IMG/VR virus record: IMGVR_UViG_3300047312_000347
Length of the DNA: 20,000 nt
DNA from: an uncultured virus (IMG/VR IMGVR_UViG_3300047312_000347)
Lineage: Duplodnaviria > Heunggongvirae > Uroviricota > Caudoviricetes
Reading direction: 5' to 3' (one strand)
In this document: piece by piece, positions 5,771-15,232 of the stretch
How positions within the stretch are numbered: the first letter of the stretch is position 1
Layout: each line of letters opens with the position of its first letter
Program-made: the position numbers and the translations under genes
The notes under the pieces: generated by a model
The model's database searches: none
What the model was told of the DNA's origin: nothing
Seen by the model: the letters and a program-made list of their open reading frames with translations, nothing else

Positions 5771-7411
5771 TTACATGGACCAATTACCGAAGCCGGACGG
5801 AGGCGTAAAGGCGAAGGCGGACCCACCGAAATTCGCGGTCATGTTGTCGTTAAGCGCAGTACCGGTGCCACCGAACGTCAGATTCGGTGCGATGGCGGAT
5901 CCACCAGTGGAGCCAGAACCAATGTAGCCGACTCCAGTTGCCGGATTGGCCGTCGGGTCACCATTCCAGTTACCGCTGTTTCTTCGAACCCACACTTTTC
6001 CGTTGGTGAGATCAGCCGCATAACAAATGACATCTCCCGCCGTCCACGTCCCGACTGTCTTCCCCGTATTGGTGCCAACATAAAAGATCAGCCCACCCCC
6101 TCCATTAAACGCGACGACACCTCCCTGTCCTGAAATTATCGACGCAAAATTAGTACCTGAAATGACCAACGCAACGGAATCGTTGTTACCATGTGACGCT
6201 CCTATGGTAACCTCGAAATAATACTTGCCGGTGCTCAACAACATGGTGCTGGTCGCACCGGAATTTGAAGCAGTGCTGTTGTGCGTCGCCTTCAAATTAC
6301 CATTCGTCAACGTGACATTGGCGGTCGTGCCATCAAACGTGGCGAGCACGGCAGACGCTGGTATTGTCGGTGCGTAGATTGTATCGACGTCGACGAACCC
6401 ACCAGGAAGCAGGGACTTATCGAGGCCGAGGACTACATTTGCTATCAGTGGGATGGTATCGACATCGATCCAAATGTGCGGTGCCAGGCGTTGGAATAGA
6501 ATTACGTTCGGTGCATATACAGTGTCGGTGAAATCGACGAGCGCGTCGAACGGCCATAGCGCCGGGTTGGAACCAATAAACGGTGACAGGAAGGTGTCGT
6601 CGCTTCCTACCGACGCCGGCAACAGCGATGCGTAATGCACAACCGGTACGAAGAAGATATCATCATCGACGAACAGACCCATCCGTCCAGGTGTTCGCAA
6701 TTCCGGACCGATGAATACGTCGACGTCTAGGATGCGACTTGGGTTCAGTTGATTGAATATGAAGGGCGCGAAGAGTGTGTCTGCCGAACTGAACGCCCCA
6801 GGTTTGATGAAGGCAACTTGACCCGCCGGGTAGATGGCATCGTTGTTGGGGGAGTATTCGGTGACAAGACCGGGCCGAAGTCCGCTCCCCAACGTTGTGG
6901 TGAAGATGGCATCAGTATCAACAAAAACGTCGAGCAGTAGAACAACAGCATCATTGTGTCGAATGACCGACGGTCCGTAAATGATGTCGGCATCGATGAC
7001 ATTTTGGATCGGGAACGTCTGGTTGATCGTCGCCTTGCCCAGCGTGACCTTCTTGACGCCACCGAAGACATCGACATCGACGAACAGTTGCGGACCCAGC
7101 ACATTGCTGAGAACAATCGGTGGGGCAATGATGTCATTGGCGACAACAAGTGGTGGAACGATGGCATAGGCCGCACCCTTGCTGAAACCATAGAAGACGT
7201 CGGGATCGACGACGAGCGCCGGATAGATACTGTTGTCAACATCACCGACATAGGGTTGATAGATCGTATCGCCTTCAACGAACGACCCTTCAAACAACAG
7301 AAAACCGGGGACACGAATAGTCGCCTGCGGAAAGACATCCGGATCCACATAGCCGTCGATTGGAACTGCCAATCCCAGCAGCAACTCTTCCGCGATGACA
7401 CCGACAATCAT
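5771..7411 (-). CDS. Fibre / receptor-binding candidate: DxD-Pro repeat region plus C-terminal SPRY (B30.2, ConA-like) domain
   Basis: Start MIVGV at 7411 is coupled to the upstream stop; about 15 degenerate P-x-[LF]-[VF]-x-D-x-D-x-[IF]-[YF]-x-P units; VTLTNGNL...STGKYYFEVT...GDVICYAADLTNGKVW is SPRY-like. Confidence 0.72.
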   Translation of the reverse strand: MIVGVIAEELLLGLAVPIDGYVDPDVFPQATIRVPGFLLFEGSFVEGDTIYQPYVGDVDNSIYPALVVDPDVFYGFSKGAAYAIVPPLVVANDIIAPPIVLSNVLGPQLFVDVDVFGGVKKVTLGKATINQTFPIQNVIDADIIYGPSVIRHNDAVVLLLDVFVDTDAIFTTTLGSGLRPGLVTEYSPNNDAIYPAGQVAFIKPGAFSSADTLFAPFIFNQLNPSRILDVDVFIGPELRTPGRMGLFVDDDIFFVPVVHYASLLPASVGSDDTFLSPFIGSNPALWPFDALVDFTDTVYAPNVILFQRLAPHIWIDVDTIPLIANVVLGLDKSLLPGGFVDVDTIYAPTIPASAVLATFDGTTANVTLTNGNLKATHNSTASNSGATSTMLLSTGKYYFEVTIGASHGNNDSVALVISGTNFASIISGQGGVVAFNGGGGLIFYVGTNTGKTVGTWTAGDVICYAADLTNGKVWVRRNSGNWNGDPTANPATGVGYIGSGSTGGSAIAPNLTFGGTGTALNDNMTANFGGSAFAFTPPSGFGNWSM

Positions 7412-8808
7412 CCGACGATGCTCGGGTCTGGTGTGTATTTTCTGATCAAGGCAGTCGGTTGGAACTGGTCGGTCGTACCGGTGTTGGCGCCAGTTATCCA
7501 ATTCTTGCTCGTGTGCAACAGGAGCTCGGGCTTCTTGCCGAGCAACTGTTCCGCCAGTGGTCGCGGATCGTCCGCGGTGCCCGTTATTGGATCGGCTACG
7601 GTGCCCTTTGTCGGGTCGACAGGCTTCAGGGTTGCCTTGCCATCCTTGTCGCGGATCACATTGCCCTTATCATCGCGCACATAATCAATGAATGCGCGAC
7701 GATTGCTGTCAACACTGGTATCCAGCGTCACCTCGGTAAACATTTGAAACTCGGCCATCTCTACGCGGAGGATGGAATCAACAAATTGTGGATTAGCAGG
7801 GATGCCCAACGGGGTGTCGATTCCCGCCGGGGTCCTGGATGTCGGAAGAGGCGTGGAAACATATTTGCATGTCGGTGCCGGTGCTGCCAGGTTTCCGATG
7901 TAAAAGTTCGCTGCCCCAGCAACGCTCCAGGCATTATCCGTCAGAATTGCATTCCGATCGTCACCGCCGCTGACGAAGAACGGACCCAGATTATCTTCGC
8001 CATCGTAGTTTTTGTCATCGATGGCGTACCACAATTTGCAATAGCTGTCGGTCCCTTCCGCTATGGTCTCGTTCCGCCCCGCACCAGGCTCCACAGGAGC
8101 GTGGGTCTTGCAATCATTGCTCAGATCGAACGACAGCAGCAGATGATGCCACTGATCCGGCGCGATCGGGAATGTCGTCTTGACCTTAAAGTACTCCGGC
8201 CTGGCATTCGACGCTTCCGGGAAATCCTTGATTCCGAGAGTAAGTCCCGCGTGAGGATTGATAGGCGGTACAGCGTTGTAATAATCCCAACCCGAGCCAG
8301 GAACCGTCGTCGGATCGAAATTTGGTCCCCAGCCAGGTGGCAATCCGCCCGGCAGGTCTGCGTCGAGGAGGTACAGCTCCACTCCGGTCTGGGTTGACGC
8401 CATGCCGACAACATCGGCATGACCGGCAGTTTGCAGGATGAACGATAAAGCGGCAGTGATCTTCGATGGATCGGAAATGCTTCCGCCGCAATTGACGGCA
8501 ATACAACACGGATCGGCCAGAAACGTCCCCTTGCTGGTGTAGCCGCTTACACCGTAAACAGGAGGAGCGTCTGCCCTAGGAAAATTCATGGCTTTGCTTA
8601 CATCGACAAAATCAGGCTCGAGGTCTTCCACCTTGGGTGCAACGCCGAATGTCAACAATGGGATCGCCGTATTCATCAAGTCGCTAAATCCAGGTTGGAA
8701 AGGCTTGCTCGCAGCTGTCGTGATCGATGCTTGCGGTATGCGGAACCAAAACGAAATCACCGCTTTGGAAAAATCCGGGAGACCTCCCGGCAGGGTCAAA
8801 TAACTCAT
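7408..8808 (-). CDS. Tail-associated protein with LamG/ConA-like elements
   Basis: Start MSYLTL at 8808 (ATGA coupling); AVISFWFR, DQWHHLLLSFD and MAEFQMF are LamG-like strands separated by large insertions. Confidence 0.6.
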   Translation of the reverse strand: MSYLTLPGGLPDFSKAVISFWFRIPQASITTAASKPFQPGFSDLMNTAIPLLTFGVAPKVEDLEPDFVDVSKAMNFPRADAPPVYGVSGYTSKGTFLADPCCIAVNCGGSISDPSKITAALSFILQTAGHADVVGMASTQTGVELYLLDADLPGGLPPGWGPNFDPTTVPGSGWDYYNAVPPINPHAGLTLGIKDFPEASNARPEYFKVKTTFPIAPDQWHHLLLSFDLSNDCKTHAPVEPGAGRNETIAEGTDSYCKLWYAIDDKNYDGEDNLGPFFVSGGDDRNAILTDNAWSVAGAANFYIGNLAAPAPTCKYVSTPLPTSRTPAGIDTPLGIPANPQFVDSILRVEMAEFQMFTEVTLDTSVDSNRRAFIDYVRDDKGNVIRDKDGKATLKPVDPTKGTVADPITGTADDPRPLAEQLLGKKPELLLHTSKNWITGANTGTTDQFQPTALIRKYTPDPSIVG

Positions 8809-9566
8809 GGCGTCGATAACTGTTTCTGAGGATCCAGCGCGTTGGTTGCTCCGTCGCCAAACTCCACGGCGAGGCCGCCTCCCCAACTCACATTGACTAT
8901 GTTCTGCAATGGATCGAGCCGCCACGGTGGATCGACCTCGGTGGTATCCGGCTGATCGGATCCGAATAGTCGCACCCAGTCGTTGTTGCCGAATTGCAGC
9001 AAGGGATCACTGAGCGAGTCGATCCCCCAAATATGCTTTTGCCAGATTAGACCATTGCCGGACGTACTGGTGAACTCCTGGATAATCTCGACCAGCAGGA
9101 ATTGGCTGTCGTCCTTGCTGGCGAGCTGCACCGCATTGATATAATCGGCCATTGCGCTGGGTGGCTGACCGTTTCGGTCAATGGCGTCGCTTGCAAGGTC
9201 ATAGCGATCAACTCTCCGGGTGTGAACGACGCGCGTGATGTTGTCTGGGTCGTTTCCATATGCGTGCGCTGCTCTCTGATAATCAAGTCCGGCACCGGCC
9301 TCGAGCGCTATGGCCGTTCGGATCGGGACCTTGAGGGTGATGCTCTCGTCATCAGGCTTTGTGATCTTTTTGATTTCAGCCTTGTTCGGATCCGTTGGGT
9401 CGAATGTCGACCAATCATACGTGAAGACGTATCTTTGATAGGCGAGACCGGTGCCGACATCAAAAACTAATCTGTCAATGCGCTCGACATCGACCCAAGT
9501 ATCACTTGTGGTGTCGTCGTCCTCATAGATTCGAACGACATGTGACACACGACCATCACCTGCCAT
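8805..9566 (-). CDS. Hypothetical tail-region protein
   Basis: Packed in the operon; acidic, beta-rich; internal similarity GTGLAYQR / GAGLDYQR / GNGLIWQK. Confidence 0.7.
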   Translation of the reverse strand: MAGDGRVSHVVRIYEDDDTTSDTWVDVERIDRLVFDVGTGLAYQRYVFTYDWSTFDPTDPNKAEIKKITKPDDESITLKVPIRTAIALEAGAGLDYQRAAHAYGNDPDNITRVVHTRRVDRYDLASDAIDRNGQPPSAMADYINAVQLASKDDSQFLLVEIIQEFTSTSGNGLIWQKHIWGIDSLSDPLLQFGNNDWVRLFGSDQPDTTEVDPPWRLDPLQNIVNVSWGGGLAVEFGDGATNALDPQKQLSTP

Positions 9567-9569
9567 TTG

Positions 9570-10388
9570 TCACACCGACAGTAAGCCGAACAGATCCCAG
9601 GTGTTGGCGCCGACCTTCTTTGCAGTTATGACCGCACCAGTCCCACCAGTCGCCGGTCGAAGTCCGGTGATCGTATTGATGGTAACCGCGGTGCCCGGCA
9701 CCAGGGTCACCGGTGATGCAGTGCATTGTCGGAAGGAAATCTCGACCGAAAGCGGGAAACTCAATGTCGCGTCGCTCGGTATGGTGATGGAACAGCCGGA
9801 CGCATTGACGCAGCGCACATAGCCTGCGATGTCGGCAAGGGTGAGCGTGTAGGTTGGATCCGGTGCCTCGCGCAATGTCATTGCGGGGAATATCGCCGGA
9901 GTTTGCCAATTAACGGCATAGTCTGCGTTACTGGACTTCGCGAGAAGTTGTCCCGTGAGTCCCCCAGGCGGGATGATGCTCGACGGCTGCTCCAGCATCA
10001 GTCCGTAGTATGCGTGACCGGCCCCGTCGTTCGCCCCCGCATCGAACACAGTGGCGCTGATATGGTTGAACAACACCATATAAACGGCACCGTTGTAGTC
10101 GGTGACATCGTTGAGCATGTAGTTCGTATTCGGTCGCCAGGTGCCGCGAAAGTTCCACGTCGTCACCGGCAATGCGAACGGCCCCTGGATCGTCCCGTCG
10201 GTCATGTGAATGTAGAAGGCATTCCCACTGACCGCGAAATGATCGATGGAAACCAGTGTCGGTATCGTCTCCTCGGTGACGGTCAGACGATTGTTGATGT
10301 CGTAAAAATTGCCATCGACCTCGGCGGCAACGAGGTTTGCCCCCTTGCCGGCACCCCACGGTCCTATCGTTCGGTAAATGATTGCCAT
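9570..10388 (-). CDS. Tail fibre-associated protein with CBM5/12-like motif
   Basis: N-terminal KGANLVAAEVDGNF; RGTWRPNTNYMLNDVTDYNGAVY motif; PPGGLTGQLLAKSSNADYAVNW linker; beta-rich C-terminal head. Confidence 0.68.
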   Translation of the reverse strand: MAIIYRTIGPWGAGKGANLVAAEVDGNFYDINNRLTVTEETIPTLVSIDHFAVSGNAFYIHMTDGTIQGPFALPVTTWNFRGTWRPNTNYMLNDVTDYNGAVYMVLFNHISATVFDAGANDGAGHAYYGLMLEQPSSIIPPGGLTGQLLAKSSNADYAVNWQTPAIFPAMTLREAPDPTYTLTLADIAGYVRCVNASGCSITIPSDATLSFPLSVEISFRQCTASPVTLVPGTAVTINTITGLRPATGGTGAVITAKKVGANTWDLFGLLSV

Positions 10389-10401
10389 GCTTCAATCCGC
10401 A

Positions 10402-10662
10402 TCAGGCTTCTGGGGTGTTGACGACCTGGTAGCTCTGGCCGGGAGCGAGAATTATGCCGGTCGGAATCTCATAGTAGTATTTGTCCTGGTAAAAGGATGC
10501 CGAAACCGAATAACCAGTCGAGATGGTCTTGGCCTTGCCGCCGAGCCCGATATTAATGATGACGTTCGGCTGTGGTGCAGCAGCCGCCGAAGCCAACGGT
10601 ATGCGCGGCGGCGTCGTATCAAAAACGACAAATGGGCGAACAATCTGCTCAAGACTCGGCAC
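10402..10662 (-). CDS. Small hypothetical tail protein
   Basis: Fills the gap between tail genes and overlaps the upstream gene end; GGAGG upstream; MPSLEQIVRPF. Confidence 0.6.
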   Translation of the reverse strand: MPSLEQIVRPFVVFDTTPPRIPLASAAAAPQPNVIINIGLGGKAKTISTGYSVSASFYQDKYYYEIPTGIILAPGQSYQVVNTPEA

Positions 10663-12595
10663 TTGGAGCCTCCAGATTGATCATCGTCGGAACGATCAAC
10701 GTCCCGACGGAAATATCGTACTCGGCCGCATAATCGGTTCCCGCCACTGATTTTAATTCCATCTCGAGCCAAGTCTGGTTGAGCGCGACGAATTCCTCGA
10801 ACATCGCCTGCGCCTGTTGTTCCAATTGATTGTGGTGGTCCGCGGCAGTCTGCGCACTAGCCGGAACAGAATTCGCGGGAGGGGAGGAAGCTGGCGTAGC
10901 CACGGGCATGCCGGGAAGATCGGGGGAGGGTGAGCCTTTATGCACCTCGTATTTGACGACCACCTGGTCATACGTCAAAGGCAACACCAGACCGTCGTCG
11001 GTGACGCCACTCACCGGCACCGAAAATGCGACATCGGTCGTGGGCAGGCTGATGGTTGCATCCTTGTAGAACTGGTAACCGACAGCCACGTAACCGTTAT
11101 CGGCATAAACGGGACTGCCTTCGTTGATCGTGATAGCACCACCCTTGCCGACGACACTCTCGATCTGAACGGTGCCGATCAGTTGACCACTGCCGCCGTC
11201 GGCCTTGATATGATATTCGGTGATCTTGCCCAGCGCCTGCCCTCCCGGCAAGCGGGCGTCGTGTATCAACGCATTCTTGCGACACGACAGATTGACGGCA
11301 CGGTCCAACGTGCAATCGAAACCAATCTTGACAGCCCGCGCCGACTGCAGCAAATGTGCCCGCGCCACCAACAGTGGGTATTGCAAGGACTGAATACCGC
11401 GGTCGGTCGGAAAAAACGCTGAGCGCCCCGGATCGGTCAGCGCTATTTCACCGGACGGCAACGGCAAGCCGACATCGACGCCATTCATGGTCAATGCGAT
11501 TGGAGCTGCCGCCTCGTCAACCGGTGTGGTCACTATGTCCTGCAGCGCACTGTTCATCGTGAAGCTGGCAATTTCAGTGCGCCCCCTGGACATGCCATAT
11601 TGCAAGGTCAAATTGGCTTTCAAAAAATAGGCGAGGAGCCCTAGATAATGATATTCCTCCGACGCCGATGACGCCCCGCCGGTGGTGGAGCTGCCGGGAA
11701 CAATGGATCCGGCGGACCACACAAGATTGCCATATGTGTCCACCCCGTTGTAGACCGTCTCATTGATACTCACCGATAATGTGTCGCCGGTGCGATGCTT
11801 GCTCTCTTGGTTAGTGTAGCTGCCGGTGAGATTGTAGGTGGCAGCATTGCCAATGTTGTAAAGATCGTCAATATGGGCTTCGGCTATACTCCATCCTCCA
11901 TTCAATGACGATCCTTGTTTCGGCCAACCTGACAGCCAGGCGTCACCGTTGTAGGCAGTGACTTTCAATTCCGGCATTTTGATCGTGCCGCCACCGGCCT
12001 GCGTCCACGTCACGCTACCGGTGAAGATGACCTGCGTCTGCGGCGATTGCCCAAAGCGGAGAGAAACACTGTCGTAGAATGAGTCTTCCGGTTTGAACTC
12101 TTCCGTCCCGTCCTCGCCCATAACAATATCGGATGTCGTGACGTTGAGAGTCACCCGATCAATGTGCCACGCCCTGGTATAGGATTCGAGGATCGTATCG
12201 GGATCGTTGATCTTCGTCTTGTCGATCCAGATCTGATCGTAGTACGGCGACACCTTGAGCGCGTCGGCGACCGCTTGCTTCTGAGCTAGGTAGTCGGGCG
12301 GGCGAGCCAGAAACTGCAGGGTCACGGTCTCATTGAACAAGTTGCTCGGCAACGCCGACAGACGTCCATTGAACAACGGAACGATTTCACCGACCTGCGA
12401 CACCCACGAGAACCAAACCCACTGCTTGCGCCCGGGCGCCAACAGACCGATGCGCGGGTTTTTGATCTCGACGCTGAGCGTCGGGATCTGGCCCTCCAGG
12501 TGCGCCAGATCGAACGTCAGCACAACCTCGTCCTCGCGCAGGAGGCCGGGATCGAAAGGTGTGTTCGCGTCGACCCAGGCAAAATGGAACGGCAC
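10649..12595 (-). CDS. Tail tip / hub-like structural protein
   Basis: 648-aa ORF two genes after the tape measure; function from synteny only. Confidence 0.65.
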   Translation of the reverse strand: MPFHFAWVDANTPFDPGLLREDEVVLTFDLAHLEGQIPTLSVEIKNPRIGLLAPGRKQWVWFSWVSQVGEIVPLFNGRLSALPSNLFNETVTLQFLARPPDYLAQKQAVADALKVSPYYDQIWIDKTKINDPDTILESYTRAWHIDRVTLNVTTSDIVMGEDGTEEFKPEDSFYDSVSLRFGQSPQTQVIFTGSVTWTQAGGGTIKMPELKVTAYNGDAWLSGWPKQGSSLNGGWSIAEAHIDDLYNIGNAATYNLTGSYTNQESKHRTGDTLSVSINETVYNGVDTYGNLVWSAGSIVPGSSTTGGASSASEEYHYLGLLAYFLKANLTLQYGMSRGRTEIASFTMNSALQDIVTTPVDEAAAPIALTMNGVDVGLPLPSGEIALTDPGRSAFFPTDRGIQSLQYPLLVARAHLLQSARAVKIGFDCTLDRAVNLSCRKNALIHDARLPGGQALGKITEYHIKADGGSGQLIGTVQIESVVGKGGAITINEGSPVYADNGYVAVGYQFYKDATISLPTTDVAFSVPVSGVTDDGLVLPLTYDQVVVKYEVHKGSPSPDLPGMPVATPASSPPANSVPASAQTAADHHNQLEQQAQAMFEEFVALNQTWLEMELKSVAGTDYAAEYDISVGTLIVPTMINLEAPSAES

Positions 12596-12598
12596 GGC

Positions 12599-13051
12599 TC
12601 AAACCTCCTCGAGATCGAGTTCCCAAGGCACGGTCCCAGCCCATTCGTCCGTCTGAACCTGATAATCGACGATCATCATCGTCAACCGCGGCAGGTAGAA
12701 CACAAAACCGCCTTCGGTGAAATCACTCCCAGCGATTACGGGCCGGCGCGGTGTCCCGCCAACTGGATAACTCAGGTAGGAGACGCAATCGACGACCACC
12801 GTCAAACCGGGAAATATGCCATCGACCGCTGGGGCGCGGGCATCGGTGCATGTGATCTTCGACTTGTATTTGAGAAACTGCGGATTGTTGACATCTGTCA
12901 TAACACCATTGATTGATCGACGCTGATTTTTTGCGGCATCAATTGGTTGGATCAGTTGAGATAGTCCACGCGCAGAGTACAGCGGCACACCCATGACGCT
13001 GAGCGCAAGCAGCGTCTGGCTGTTGGACGGTGGGCCTGGATACAGCGTCAC
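12599..13051 (-). CDS. Distal tail (Dit)-like protein
   Basis: 150 aa immediately after the tape measure; RRSING motif and WELDLEEV ending are typical of tube-fold proteins. Confidence 0.6.
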   Translation of the reverse strand: MTLYPGPPSNSQTLLALSVMGVPLYSARGLSQLIQPIDAAKNQRRSINGVMTDVNNPQFLKYKSKITCTDARAPAVDGIFPGLTVVVDCVSYLSYPVGGTPRRPVIAGSDFTEGGFVFYLPRLTMMIVDYQVQTDEWAGTVPWELDLEEV

Positions 13052-14584
13052 TCACCGCCTCCAGCTCTGCTTTCGTCCCGCACTGGCGATTTGACTACCG
13101 ACCGCAAAGCGCTCGAGCGCGGAGGCGACGCCCTCCTGCATGGTCGCCGGCCCGAACGACCGGCCTTCGATCGTGAGGTGAAGCGCGCGCGAGCCGGCGG
13201 TCGCCCCCGCGAGCGACGGTGTACCTCCGGTATTCAACCCGCCCAACGCGAAGCGCGGAGCCAATGAATTGATGGCGTGCAAGAACGGCAGCCCTACGCT
13301 GCGCACGGCTTGCGCCCGCACCACGAACTCACCCGCCGTCAGCCATGCGAGGTTGGTGTCGGTCCCTGGACGCCCCTGCACCTCGCCGCCCGCTGCCATC
13401 CCGCCGCCGCCACCCGCAGATACCGACGCGCCGCCGCCGGTCAGCCCGGCCCACAACGCCTTGGCGGCATCGACCAGCCCCTGGATCCAGCCGCCGATCG
13501 TATCGATCACCGACTTGATCGGAGTAAGCATCGACGCGAAGGCGGCCACGACGGCGTGCTCAAGCTGCCCGACGTAGCCCATGAAATTGGCGAACCCGGT
13601 CGCAAGAACCGCCCCCACCGCTTGCACCCACCCGCGCGCGCCGGTCTCCGCGTCGCCCGCGACTTGCGCCCATGCCTTCTTGGATGCCGCAGCAAATTCA
13701 TCCCATCCCTTCGCCAGATTATCGATAGACTTCTGCTGCTCCGGCGTGAAGAACGGCTTGGCGGCCGCGTCGTGCGCCTGCCTGACCGCATCGGTACCCT
13801 TCTTGATCCGTTCAATCTGCTCGGCGGAAAAGAAATCCTTCATCGTCTTTTCTAAATCTACACGCTGAAACTGATTCGCCGTCGCGTAGACCTGCGAGAA
13901 GAACACCTCCAACTGCTTGATGGCGTCGGCTGCCCGCTTCCCGCCGGCGGCAAGATCATCGAGGATCACGCCACTGCGCTCTGCCGCCTCCAGCAAACCC
14001 TTCTTAAAGTTTTCCGGAGAGGTCAGTGACTCATATGCTCGCTTGACGCCATCGCGCAGGTATAGAAATTCGTCGGCGAGATGGTGGACGTCGTTCGCCC
14101 ATTCCTTGTCTCCCTTCGCGGCGTTCATCGCCGCTCTGATCTGGATTATATTCTGAATGTGTTCGGTCGCTTCTTGCGCTGCTTTTTTCGTCTCTTCTAT
14201 CTTGCCCTTGATGTAGGAGAACGCTTCGGCGGCGGCGAACAGCGCGAGTCCGATCGGCCCCAGCGCCGCCCCGATCTTTACGAACCCGACGGCGACGCTG
14301 GCCGCCGCTCCTTCGCCGACGGTGCGCATGACCGCGCCCATCGCCCGCATCTGGCGCGTGGTGACGACGGTTTTCTCCGTAACCTGCTCCAGCCCGGCGC
14401 CAAGCTTTTGCGCGCCAGTGCCCACCTGACCCGCCGCGGCCTGCACGCCGCCCATCGACTGCCCGGCGCTGTCGGCGGCCTTCTCCAACTTGTTGAACGA
14501 AGTCTGCGCGGTATCGCCAACCTTGGCGAGCGCGGTGTCATCGACCTCGATAACGACTTTTTGGACAATGTCTTCGTCGGCCAT
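13052..14584 (-). CDS. Tape measure protein
   Basis: Ala/Gly-rich helical protein after the chaperones; C-terminal MAAGGEV...GTDTNLAWLTAGEFVVRAQAV...FLHAIN motif. Confidence 0.88.
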   Translation of the reverse strand: MADEDIVQKVVIEVDDTALAKVGDTAQTSFNKLEKAADSAGQSMGGVQAAAGQVGTGAQKLGAGLEQVTEKTVVTTRQMRAMGAVMRTVGEGAAASVAVGFVKIGAALGPIGLALFAAAEAFSYIKGKIEETKKAAQEATEHIQNIIQIRAAMNAAKGDKEWANDVHHLADEFLYLRDGVKRAYESLTSPENFKKGLLEAAERSGVILDDLAAGGKRAADAIKQLEVFFSQVYATANQFQRVDLEKTMKDFFSAEQIERIKKGTDAVRQAHDAAAKPFFTPEQQKSIDNLAKGWDEFAAASKKAWAQVAGDAETGARGWVQAVGAVLATGFANFMGYVGQLEHAVVAAFASMLTPIKSVIDTIGGWIQGLVDAAKALWAGLTGGGASVSAGGGGGMAAGGEVQGRPGTDTNLAWLTAGEFVVRAQAVRSVGLPFLHAINSLAPRFALGGLNTGGTPSLAGATAGSRALHLTIEGRSFGPATMQEGVASALERFAVGSQIASAGRKQSWRR

Positions 14585-14599
14585 GTTATGTGCTCACCT

Positions 14600-14821
14600 T
14601 TAGTCCGTGTCAGACAACAGTTTTGCCAGATGTTGCTGCATGCCCTTGCCGTCGCCGTTGGCGTTACACAGGTTGACGAACTCGTGGGCGAGGTTGATTT
14701 GACGATTGCGTTCGGACAACTTTATCCAGGCTGCTAATTGACGGGTGGTGAGGCTCCACGCGTCAGACCAGGAGAGTCCGTCTGCAATACTGCGTTGGAT
14801 GGCGCGTGCGATGAGTTCCCC
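14600..14821 (-). CDS. Tail assembly chaperone T portion (-1 frameshift extension, gpGT-like); absent from the ORF track
   Basis: -1 frame reads GELIARAIQRSIADGLSWSDAWSLTTRQLAAWIKLSERNRQ...LLSDTD* and ends 15 nt before the tape measure ATG. Confidence 0.72.
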   Translation of the reverse strand, partial: GELIARAIQRSIADGLSWSDAWSLTTRQLAAWIKLSERNRQINLAHEFVNLCNANGDGKGMQQHLAKLLSDTD

Positions 14822-15207
14822 GGCCCGCTCGACTGGCTCGGCGCATCCATTACCATCAACCGGGTTATCTGATCGACGAAAGGGCCGAAGCCCTGCGGAA
14901 ACGATAGTTTCTGCACCGCCGAGAGGATCGCCATTTGGTCGGCCGCCCCGAGCTCCCTTGCCTTTGCTATAACGGCTACGTCGCCAGGCGAGCCGGTGGC
15001 TATCGCGATCACTTTTGCGAACAGATCGGGTGCCAACTCCAACATGCCGGAGCTGCTGGTACCCATTTGCGCGAGCGCTTGCTGCATATTGGGGAACTCG
15101 GCAAACAATTTGAACAGGTCGGCGGCCGTCAACCCATGCACCGTTAGTTTGAGGCCGCGAACATCGACTTCTTCGGTCAGCGGGCCGAGATCAAGCAGGC
15201 TGTTCAT
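14734..15207 (-). CDS. Tail assembly chaperone (gpG-like)
   Basis: Between tube and tape measure; AGGAG RBS; low-complexity tail after the slip site. Confidence 0.8.
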   Translation of the reverse strand: MNSLLDLGPLTEEVDVRGLKLTVHGLTAADLFKLFAEFPNMQQALAQMGTSSSGMLELAPDLFAKVIAIATGSPGDVAVIAKARELGAADQMAILSAVQKLSFPQGFGPFVDQITRLMVMDAPSQSSGPGNSSHAPSNAVLQTDSPGLTRGASPPVN

Positions 15208-15232
15208 TTACCGTTGCTCCTTTGTTTTGCGC

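Noticed and set aside
5771..6000. DGR variable region at the fibre C-terminus
   Set aside because: No template repeat or reverse transcriptase seen in the window.
6956..8397. Long plus-strand ORFs (242 and 312 aa) and similar antisense ORFs elsewhere
   Set aside because: Shadow frames of well-supported minus-strand genes in GC-rich DNA.
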